A stretch of 63,584 nt of DNA, filler included, from Chiloscyllium plagiosum (lineage: Eukaryota): NCBI RefSeq assembly GCF_004010195.1. It is 5 parts of one record of this genome, joined end to end, with 100 filler letters (N's around TTAATTAATTAA, not from the genome) between each part and the next. Parts side by side here need not be neighbours in the genome. Positions count along the whole stretch, not along the records: positions 38,068 to 57,701 come from NC_057714.1; positions 57,802 to 63,584 come from NC_057714.1; 3 more parts are not named here. One strand, 5' to 3'. Positions within the stretch are counted from its first letter, which is position 1; the number at the start of each line of letters is the position of its first letter. A model generated the notes under the pieces. That model had not been told where the DNA came from and ran no database searches. It saw only the letters and a program-made list of their open reading frames with translations. The translations under genes and the position numbers were made by a program. Of this stretch, positions 50,801 to 60,219 are shown piece after piece.

Positions 50801-52086
50801 TATGGGTAGACAGATTATTAAGCAAGGGGCTGGAAGAATAATGTAGATGAACAGGAATGCTGATATGAGATCAGTCATAATCTTATTCCATGACAGAGCA
50901 GGTACAACATGCTGAATTGCCTGCTCCTGTTGCTAATATCATTTTGTAACTGTCAGAAATTAGATCTCATCAACAGCAAAAACCAAATGGAACTGAGAGA
51001 AGTGAACCAATTGTATTTTCTGAATGCAAACTCTTGGACATAATGCTCCTTTGCTGTCTATTCATTCCAAAACCCTAAGATCACAGTGGGGGTGTGTTTT
51101 GTCAACGTCTGAACATGTGTTTGGTATGAAGGAAGTATACTGGATCCTATAAAAAAGCTTTGTCGATAACTACTTTTACTAACTGACTAAAGAATAACGT
51201 TGTTTATGATAAAAGAGTTAACGTTGAATTACTGAAAGAACCTGGTAAAAGTCTCTTCTGTTCTCCACAATAAATGAGGAACAAACAGAGCAGTTTGATG
51301 ATTAAATAAGACACTTATATGTTTGATATGGCCCATGAAGTACTGTGGTTGATCACCAGCTTACTCCTCCTGTCACAACCTTCATACACACATACACACA
51401 CACACACACAGTGACTGGAGTCACAAGTAGGTCAGACTGGGTAGGAGAGTTGAAAAATGTGGTGCTGGAAAAACACAGCAGGCCAGGCAGCATCTGAGGA
51501 GCAGGAGAATCAACGTGCCCGAAACGTCGATTCTCCTGCTCCTCGGATGCTGCCTGGCCTGCTGTGTTTTTCCAGCACCACATTTTTCAACTCTGGTACT
51601 CCAGCATCTGCAGTCCTCACTTTCTCCCAGACTGGGTAGGAACCAACATTAGTTATCCTGAAGTTGTTTTGATTATTTCCTTCAACCAGACAAGAAACTA
51701 CCAGATTTATTGAAATTGATTTCACAATATATCATGGTGGGTATTAACCCAAAATGGGAGTTACCAGTCTAGTAAACTGATCACTAGGTTACTGTACCCA
51801 TTTGACAGAGCATCTTTGTTTTCCTGGTCTTGGTGGCTCCAGTCTGGAATGGGACTCCCTAATCAGGAAGTGTAAAGTCATCTGACATTTTCTTGTGACA
51901 TTAAATGTGGAGAGACTAATGATCTAACTTTTCCATGATGCCCAGGGAAATATAAAATAGGCAGTTGGGAAAAGGCCACTCCACAGTCCATGTTGGTTAG
52001 ATCACATTGAATAAACACTTGACTTTCTTTCCATCCTAAGCTGCCATCAACTGCTAAGACGATGGCAAAAAAAACCAGAAAAAGTG
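47846..52086 (+). repeat. Segmental duplication copy B
   Basis: See copy A; has extra ~49312-49570 and ~49917-50995 and lacks ~40129-41180. Confidence 0.92.
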
Positions 52087-52490
52087 ATCCGCTGTCTGAC
52101 CTCGTCTACTCGCTTTCCGACTCCTTCCAGCTCCTGCTTATGCTTGTGGAGTAAGGCCAAGATTGGTTCAAGTGTGGTGCAATTTCCTCGATCAACGCCT
52201 CGATCATCTCCTAGAGCTTCATGAACTCTGCACCCAACTCACTCTGTTGGGTGATGACTCCATCAGAGTTGCAGAGGAGGCTGCAGCTGTGGTCACAGTT
52301 GTAGTTGGGGACGTGTACAGAGAAATGTCCTGTGTGTTGGGATTTACCTGAACCTTCTAGTCATCTTCCCTTGCTAAAGAAAGGGTTTATAACGATTTCA
52401 CCTATATTTAATTATCAGATTTTTCCAAAATAACTTAGGTGGAGAGGGTAAAAGCACCACTTTGCCTGGGTTGTGGTGCAGAGCTCAGTT
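52087..52490 (-). mobile_element. L1 5' fragment (ORF1 N-terminal coiled coil)
   Basis: Minus-strand frames give ..ELGAEFMKL*EMIEALIEE.. and LLHKHKQELEGVGKRVDEVRQRIT, similar to the ORF1 start at 5540-5700. Confidence 0.55.
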
Positions 52491-53232
52491 GGTCCATAAG
52501 ACATAGGGGCAAACATTAGGCCATTTAGCCCATTGAGTCTGATCTGCCATTCAATCATGGCTGTTAAATTTATCAAACTCATTTACCCGTTTTCTCCCCA
52601 TAAACCTTGATCCCCTGACTATCAAGAATCTAATCATCTCTGCCTTCAATACACTTCAATTCAATGACCTGGCCTCCACAGCCCTCTGTGGCAATGAATT
52701 GGCTGAAAACATTTCTCCACGTCTCCATTCTGAATGGTCTTCCCTGCAGTCTAAGGCTGTCCCCTTGGGTCGTAGCCTCTCTTGCCAATGCAACCATCTT
52801 CTGGAAGCCCAATCTGTCCAGGCTATTCAGTATTGTGTCTAACAGTTGGGAGGTCATGTTGCAGCTGTACAGAATATTCATTAGGCCACTTTTGGAATAT
52901 TGCATACAATTCTGGTCTCCTTCCTATCGGAAGGATGTTGTGAAATTTGACAGGGTTCAGAAAAGATTTGCAAGGATGTTGCCAGGGTTGGAGGATTTAC
53001 AAAGAACATAGAACGTTACAGCGCAGTACAGGCCCTTCGGCCCTCGAGGTTGCACCGACCTGTCATACCAATCTGAAGCCCATTTAACCTACACTATTCC
53101 ATGTACGTCCATATGCTTGTCCAATGACGACTTAAATGTACTTAAAGTTGGCGAATCTACTACCGTTGCAGGCAAAGCATTCCATACCCTTGCTACTCTC
53201 TGAGTAAAGAAACTACCTCTGACATCTGCCCT

Positions 53233-53632
53233 ATAAGTGCCATGCCTCTAGGAATTCCCTGGCTGTTCTCTGTTTGGCTTGTCCTATAATAGTAGTGTTG
53301 TCCCAGTCGAACTCATGTTGCTTGTCATCTGAGTGTGTGGCTACTATTATAGGACAAGCCAAACAGAGAACAGCCAGGGAATTCCTAGAGGCATGGCACT
53401 CATCCACAGATTCAATCAATAAGCACATCGACCTGGACCCAATATACCGACCACTGCAGCGGACAGCTGGAACTGACAACCGGAAGCGGCAGATTCAAAC
53501 CACTATAAATGCCGGAGGAAACATCACAGAACCTCTTCATAGGAGGCTCGCAAGCACTGAGGATGTTACCTAGACAGTGGACGAAACGTTTGCAACAAAA
53601 AATTCCAGCTCGGCAAACAGAACCACAGCAAT
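53233..53632 (+). mobile_element. Penelope-like element 3' end (second family) with an inverted 5' piece and a hammerhead motif
   Basis: HEFDWDNTTIIGQAKQRTAREFLEAWHS..SINKHIDLDPIY (GIY-YIG C-terminus) on both strands; gca-CTGAGGA-t-gttac..gtggac-GAAACGTT-tgc at ~53554-53593. Confidence 0.85.
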
Positions 53633-54391
53633 CTTACCATCAGCCCAGTACTTTGCATTCCGGTTACTCCGACCAAAGTGAATCACCTCATACTTGTCCG
53701 CATTAAACTCCATTTGCCACCTCTCAGCCCAGCTCTGCAGCTTATCTTTGAGCTGTAGGGAGAGGTTGAATAGGCTGGGGCTGTTTTCCCTGGAGCGTCG
53801 GAGGCTGAGGGGTGGCCTTATAAACCTAGAGATTTGTAAAATCATGAGGGGCATAGATAGGATAAATAGACAAGGTCTTTTCCCTATGATGGGGAGTCCA
53901 GAACTAGAAGGCATAGGTTTAGGGTGAGAGGGAAAAGATATAAAAGGGACCTAAGGGGCAACATTTTCACGCAGACGGTGGTGCATGTATGGAATGAGCT
54001 GCCAGAGGAAGTGGTGGAGGCTGGTAGAATTGCAACGTTTAAAAGGCATTTGGATGGGTATATGAATAGGAAGGGTTTGGAGGGATATGGGCCAAGTGCT
54101 AGCAAATGGGATAGATTAGGTTGGGACATCTGGTCAGCATGGAAGAGATGGACTGAAGGGTTTGTTGTACATCTCTATGACTATGAGTATGTGTATGTAT
54201 CCAGAGTCCTCAAATGTTACTCAAATGTTACTCCCAAGGTTTTATAGAGGTGTGGTCAGACCACATTTAGAGTATTGGGCCCAAAATTGCTCAAAATACT
54301 TTAAATGTGGTCTGACCACTGCTTTATAAAACCTCAGGAGTACATCCCTGCTTTTAAATCTAGTCCGCTGAAAATAAATGCCAACATTGTA

Positions 54392-54637
54392 CAGGTAGAC
54401 AACACTTTGTCTGAAATCCTGAAATCTGAAAAGCTCCAAAATCTGAAGGCTTTTGTGGCCCAGCAGTGGCAAGCCTCAATTCTGTCTCAGGGTCCGTAGT
54501 ACTCACTGGGATTCTGCTGTTCAGTAAGATTTTTAAAAATTTCACCAATGAGATGGCACTTAGTCCGAAATTCGAAAACTTCCAAATTCCGAAAACCAGC
54601 TGGTCCTGAGCATTTCGGATAAAGGATTGTGTACTTG
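54392..54637. mobile_element. Tc1/mariner-pogo (Tigger4/MER46-like) MITE
   Basis: TA-caggtagacaacactttgtctgaaat ... atttcggataaaggattgtgtacttg-TA; imperfect TIRs, TA TSD, internal ccgaaa-type repeats. Confidence 0.75.
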
Positions 54638-56291
54638 TATTTGCCTTCCTAACTATGGAACTCAACTTGCAAGTTTACCTGAAGTTAATTCTGGACTAGG
54701 ACTTCCCAAGTCCCTTTGCACTTCAGATTTCTGAATTTTCTCCCTATTTACAAAATAGCCTACGCCTCTATTCTTATTACCAAAGCACTCACACTTTCCC
54801 ACATTGTATCCATCTACCATTTCTTTGCCCACTCTCCTAACCTGTCCAAATCCTTCTGCGGTTTCCCTGCCTCCTCAATACTACCTGTCCCTCCAACTAT
54901 CTTTGTATCAGCTGCAAACTTAACCTTTCATACAGATCATTAACGCACAGTGAAAAGTTGTGATGTGAACACTGACCCTTATAGAACACCACTCTCAGGA
55001 ATTTTAACCCCACCCTCTGCCTTTTACCAGATAGCCAATGTTCTATCCATGCTAGTATTGTAACACCACGGGCTCATATCTTACGCAGCAGCCTCCCGTG
55101 CAGCACCTTGTCAAAGGTCTTCTGGAAGTTCAAGAAGATATCACCCATTGGCTCTCCTTGGTCTAACCTAATCCTCTGACATCCCACTGCCCTTCACCAT
55201 ATTATATACTTTCTCTTTTGCTTTTATGCTATCCCTGACTTCCCTCGTCAGCCATGATTGCCTCATCTTCTCTCCCGAATGCTTTTTTTAGGAATGTGTT
55301 TTTGCCATGTCTCGAGAATCACTCCCAGAAACTTCTGCCATTGCTGTTACACTGTTTTTCCTGCTACCTTCCTCCTCCGGTCAATTCTGGTCAGCTACTA
55401 CTTCATGCTTTCATAATTGCCTTTATTCAACTATGATACTGTTACACCTGATTCCACATTATCCCTCTCTGACACTACCTCCCCGAATTTGCAACCTTGA
55501 TGTCTCATTTGTTGAGCTTCTAAACCCATCTGCTGCAGAATCTCTCATCCATAACTTTATTAACAAGTCGCTAGGTTCCAATGTAGTTCTGGTAGAAAGG
55601 GGACGTTCGCAGCGAGTGGTGAAGGAATTAGTAAGTGGAACATATCACATCCTTGTTTCACAAACATTCAGAGGGCAGTTGAGAGTAGGTCTGGAGTCAC
55701 ATGGTAGCCAGACAAGGGAAGGACGGCAAATTTCCTTCACTGAAGGACATTAATGTGCCACATGAATTTCTCCTGACAATTAGCAATGGTTCTACTGTCA
55801 TCAGGAGATTCTTAATTCCAGATTTGTAGAAATAAATTGAATGCAATTGATGGGATTTGAACACTTGTCCTTTAAACATTAGCTGAGCTTCTGGATTAAT
55901 AATCTCATGATAATATCACAAGGCCATCACTTCCACTGTTTCAATTGCTCATCCCAAATGCCAACTCACCTGTTGTTTCCAGAAGTTTCTTCTTTCATTC
56001 CACAATTTAGTGAGGTGTATGTTCGTGAGCAATTTGTTTTGCACACTAGAATATCCAGTCTTTTACCCTTGCAGGATGAAAATTGTGCACGTCATATTTT
56101 GGAGAAGAATAAAGCTCTTCAGTCTGAACAACTGTTGTGAACGTGTTTCTTCCAATCTCCAGCTATCTCTTTGACTCACCAGAGACTAATTTTCTCTTAC
56201 TTATCAATCATTGCTCAGTCACTCTAAACATAAAGCAGAGTTCGCATTCCAAGAGATAGATGACATTGAGAATCATTGTACATGATGATGT

Positions 56292-56901
56292 TGAGAGAGA
56301 AAATTTCAGGTTGTCAGGTGTATGTTGATTTTAATGAATATAGAGGGTCTTTTAAGATATAGCTTTAAGCTAAGAAATTCCTTTGAGTGTTGGAGCTGAC
56401 CACAAAAGAAAAAAAGCAGGAGGGGCATTTCGCAGTAAGCTCATAGTTTGTAGGTCCGCTTTTTTGGACTATCAAGATAGTAAAGGATGATCTCAGAAGT
56501 CTGAAGGTTAGATAAGAAAAGAAGAACTGGACAAAATAACAGGAAGGCTGTAACGAACAAGGACAGACAAATAAAGCAGATTTAAAGAAAAACAAGTGAG
56601 GTAATTAATAATTATGATAGGCTTAGGCTTGGGTGCAGGGAATTACCAAGTGAAGGAAAAACAGGCGCAAGTAATAATCAAATAAGGGGATAGAATGAAA
56701 TAGACACTTATGTTAGGTTTACTGCTCAGTGTAGGGGTGTCGAGAGACCTCTCAAAAGTATAAAAAGTTCTGTATTTTACTGTTGGGTGTGTCTCTCCTC
56801 GTAGAGCCACCCATCATTAAAGATGTTCAAATAAATATGCTGCTTCGGAACTCTTTGACTCGGACTGAAAATCATTGATTAAGTGAGGTTCGTTTCTCAC
56901 A
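56292..56901 (+). mobile_element. Solo LTR (610 bp), ERV- or Gypsy-type
   Basis: TGAGAGAGAAA...TTTCTCACA termini, 4-bp TSD atgt (56288-56291 / 56902-56905), TATAAAAA at 56759, AATAAA at 56830. Confidence 0.8.
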
Positions 56902-57079
56902 ATGTGATTTCTTCAACAGGATCCCTGATGAGTGATTTTCATCAGTGATGGCCAATTAGCTTACCAGACATTGAGCATCATGAAATGTTGGAGTGGGAGA
57001 AGGATTCCTTAAGATTCTGTTCTTTTGTTTATCTTGGTCTGCACACTATCCTTGTGTCTTCATGCCTGTAGGGCTTTTT

Positions 57080-57345
57080 AAAATTCAATCACAGGATGTG
57101 GGCACTGCTGGCTGGGCTCAGGATTTATTGCCCATCCCAAGGTGTCCCTTGAGAAGGTGGTGGTGATCTGCCTTCTTGAACCGCTGCAGTCCTTGCACTG
57201 TAGGTAGATTCACAATGTTTTTAGGGAGGGAATTCCACGATTTTGACACAGCAACAGTGAAGAAACAGCAAGTCAAGATGATGAGTGGCTTGGATGGAAC
57301 TTCTAGTTGTTTGTGTTCCCATGTATCTGAGCCAAATGGCTGCCC
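57080..57345 (-). mobile_element. Ancient non-LTR retrotransposon 3' end (also ~50335-50735 and ~31520-31615); clade uncertain
   Basis: FTVAVSKSWNSLPKNIV..GLQRFKKADHHHLLKG followed by a shared gggcaataaatgctgg-type 3'UTR. Confidence 0.65.
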
Positions 57346-57529
57346 CTTTGTCACTCCCATCTTTCATTTGGCAAATGCCCTCCTCAGGCACCATCTTGCT
57401 CTTGAATCAACGTGTTCACATTGAGCTGATCTCAGTGAAAGAAAAACGTGAGCCCTGATGTTGTGTTATGTCCAACATTCAGGTGAACATTCAAAAACAT
57501 CAAGTCAAAGTTGCCTCCTCTCCCATTCC

Positions 57530-57701
57530 CAATGAGTCCACGTGACTCCCCCCAACACGAGGGACAAATCTTGGCGCCGTTTTCTTTCAAACAGCTCGCC
57601 TCCACCCCGCCCAACCGCCAGCAGCTTTGCTCTGATTGGTGCAGCGAGAGTCACGTGTCTCCCAACAACCATCGGCAGGGGAAAGGGCGGGAACGGTTGA
57701 G
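57530..57701. promoter_or_regulatory. CpG-containing promoter with clustered E-box, E2F, CDE/CHR, GC-box and CCAAT motifs; probably the promoter of the downstream plakin gene or bidirectional
   Basis: CACGTGAC 57539, TTGGCGCC 57571, TTCAAA 57586 with TCGCC 57596, CCCCGCCC 57605, CTGATTGG 57632, GTCACGTG 57650, GGGCGGGAA 57685; non-repetitive; ~300 bp (across a gap) from a host exon. Confidence 0.65.
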
Positions 57702-57801
57702 NNNNNNNNNNNNNNNNNNNNNNNNNNNNNNNNNNNNNNNNNNNNTTAATTAATTAANNNNNNNNNNNNNNNNNNNNNNNNNNNNNNNNNNNNNNNNNNN
57801 N

Positions 57802-57930
57802 CCCCTGTGGGGGTGGGGATGATGGGGTGACTGCCCCTGTGGGGGTGGGAATGATGGGGTGACTGCCCCTGTGGGGGTGGGAATGATGGGGTGACTGCCC
57901 CTGTGGGGGTGGGGATGATGGGGTGACTGC
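57802..57930. repeat. G-rich minisatellite, 32-bp unit (cccctgtgggggtggggatgatggggtgactg), at least 4 copies, extending into the gap
   Basis: Visible tandem units with multiple G-runs. Confidence 0.92.
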
Positions 57931-57990
57931 AGCTTCTCCATTTCAATGAGCAAACCCTGGATTCAATCTGGAATGTGGTGTTCCCAACAG

Positions 57991-58183
57991 GAAAAGCGGC
58001 AGATTGTGAGATCACAGAGATCTGGGATGCTCAAGGATCTGGCTGAAGGAGGTGAATCCCTGGGGAAAGGTGATACCCTGCCTTGGAATCTAGCGAAACA
58101 CCAGCGATTCAAACAAGGCAAGGTGGGCACGGAGGGCAGCCGAGTGATGGAGCCAGCAGAGCGGGCAGTGATCAGGATCGCAG
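57991..58183 (+). CDS. N-terminal exon of a plectin/spectraplakin gene (plectin isoform-1c-like; paralogs MACF1 and DST); candidate ATG at 58027
   Basis: Encodes (M)LKDLAEGGESLGKGDTLPWNLAKHQRFKQGKVGTEGSRVMEPAERAVIRIA, matching the GDTLPWNL...VLDPAERAVIRIA|DERD signature; acceptor ttcccaacag| and phase-1 donor GCA G|gtaac exactly where the Asp codon is split. Paralog identity is not certain. Confidence 0.85.
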
Positions 58184-58419
58184 GTAACAGGGCACCACCC
58201 TGGGGGTGGAGGAGAGAGGGGGCGCGCGTTCATTGTGAACTCTGTATAACACTGTTTGATCATATAGCCCTGATGATGTTCTGCACAGACGGTGTTCTGG
58301 ATCCTCAATAGTTCCTTAACAAATGTAATGTTCTGGACTAGCAATGGTCTCAAGACAGATATGGCATCCTAGATCAACAATAGGGCTTTACCTTTATTGA
58401 TATTTGATATCAGTGGGTA

Positions 58420-58955
58420 TCAAGTGGGTATTCATTTTCAGGATCAGTGCTGGGTATAAAGTGGGTGAGACCATTCTAGATCAGTTTCTGGATCAATGGT
58501 GCTGGAAGAGCACAGCAATTCAGGCAGCAAAGTGCTGGGTATAAAGTAGGGAGGATTGTTCTCAAACATTGCTTGGTGTAAAATGGATGGCCCGTTCTGG
58601 ATTGGTGCAGCAAAGAAAGTGGGAATGCTTGTTCTAGATCAGTGGTGAGTACAAAGTGACTGTGCATGTACTGGGCCAGCACTGAGTATAAATTGGATGA
58701 GATCATTCTAGATCAGTGCTGGATATAAAGTGGGTGTGGTTATTCTAGATCAGTGCTGGGTACAAAGTAAATGGGCCCAGCGACAGGTATAAAGTGAGGA
58801 TGCTTGTTCTAGATTAATGCTGGGTGTGAAGTCACGTGGATGTTCTTGATCAGTTTTGGATACATAGTACTGGTTCTAGGCCAGTGAAACTTGGCTCTGA
58901 TCTAGACCAGTGATGTGCACCAAAAGTGTTGTGTTGTTCTAGATCAGGATGTAAG
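58420..58955. repeat. Degenerate ~37-bp tandem repeat (ttctagatcagtgctgggtataaagtgg + variable ~10 nt), about 13 units, intronic
   Basis: Recurring ttctagatcagtg...aaagtg at ~37-nt spacing; a small Penelope insert at ~58486-58529. Confidence 0.8.
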
Positions 58956-58977
58956 GAAATGTCAAACAATTCGATTC

Positions 58978-59305
58978 TATGATGTGGGAGATGCCGGTGT
59001 TGGACTGGGGTGGACAAAGTTAAAAATCCCACAACACCAGGTTATAGTCCAACAGGTTTAATTGGAAGCACTGGCTTTCGGAGCGACGCTCCTTCATCAG
59101 GTGGTAGTGGAGGGCTCGATCGTAACAGAATTTATAGCAGAAATTTACAGTGTGATGTAACTGAAATTATACATTGAAAAATACCTTGATTGTCTGTTGA
59201 GTCTTTCATCTGTTCAAATACCATGATAGTTTCACTTCTTTCATGTGTAAATCACAAAACCCTTTTTTTAAAAGTTGTATTCTCAGGTTAGCTGGAACAA
59301 TGGAT
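58978..59305 (-). mobile_element. Penelope-like terminal repeat (third family) with a hammerhead motif
   Basis: Reverse: cac-CTGATGA-a-ggagc-gtc-gctcc-GAAAGCCA-gtg at ~59069-59104. Confidence 0.78.
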
Positions 59306-59422
59306 GATAGCTAGGCAAAAAAGCACCCTGCAGTTCCCACTGTTCATGTGGTGTTAATGACCCTTGTGTGGTACGAATGTTACTTGCCCCTTGGAGACGG
59401 TGAGGACTACAGCTTCTGGCGA

Positions 59423-60215
59423 TCAGAGTCGGAAAGTGTGGTGCTAGAAAAGCACAGCTGGTCCGGCAGCACCTGAGGAGCAGGAGAATCGACGATTCGA
59501 GCATGAGCTCTTCATCAGGAACATGGGGCGGGGTGGGGGGAGGGGGTGGCATGCAATGAGGCTGAGAGATAAATGGGAGGGGGTGAGGCTAGGTGGAAGG
59601 TAGCTGGGAATGAAATAAGTAGATGAGGGTGGGGGGTGATGGTGATAGGTTGGAGAGGAGGGTGCAGCAGATAGGTAGGAAGGAAGGGCAGTTCAAGAGG
59701 GTGGTGCCAAGTTGGAAGGTCGGATCTGGGATGAGGTGTGGGGAGGGGAAATGAGGAAACTGGTAAAATCCACGTTGATCCCATGTGGTTGGAGGGTCCC
59801 TAGGTGGAGGCTGAGACGTGCTTCCTCCAGGCGTCGGGTGGTTAGGGTTTGGCGGTGGTGGAGGCCCAGGATTGGTGGAGTGGGAGGGGGAGTTAAAGTG
59901 TTTGGCCACAGGGTGGTGGGGTTGTTTAGTGTGTGTGTCCCAGAGATGTTCTCTGAAGCCAGCGCCTTCCCTTGCCACTCCCAGAAATACAAAAACTGCG
60001 CCCACACCTCCCCCCTCACCTCTGTCTAAGGCCCCAAAGGAGCCTTCACATCCGACAGAGATTTACCTGCGCTGCCACACACGTCATCTACTGTGTCTGT
60101 TGCTCTCGATGTGGTCTCCTCTACATTGGGGAGGCAGGAGACCAACTTGCAGAACATTCCAGAAAACATCTCCAGGACACCCGCATCAACCAACCCCAAT
60201 GCCCTGTGTTCGAAC
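59423..60215. mobile_element. Penelope-like element 3' region (minus ~59423-59960) with an inverted GIY-YIG segment (plus ~59960-60215)
   Basis: FTCAATHVIYCVCCSRCGLLYIGEA (GIY-YIG); VAKHFNSPSHS..RRLEEARL; hammerhead variant at ~59487-59520. Confidence 0.88.
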
Positions 60216-60219
60216 ACTT

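Larger units (their letters stand above)
52495..55470. mobile_element. Nested CR1 fragments on both strands with Penelope and MITE insertions
   Basis: LLEYCIQFWSPSYRKD; IFTQTVVHVWNELPEEVV; several CR1 3' tails. Confidence 0.85.

Noticed and set aside
58420..58955. CRISPR-like repeat/spacer appearance
   Set aside because: Vertebrate context, degenerate repeats, linkers only ~10 nt and mutually similar, no cas genes.
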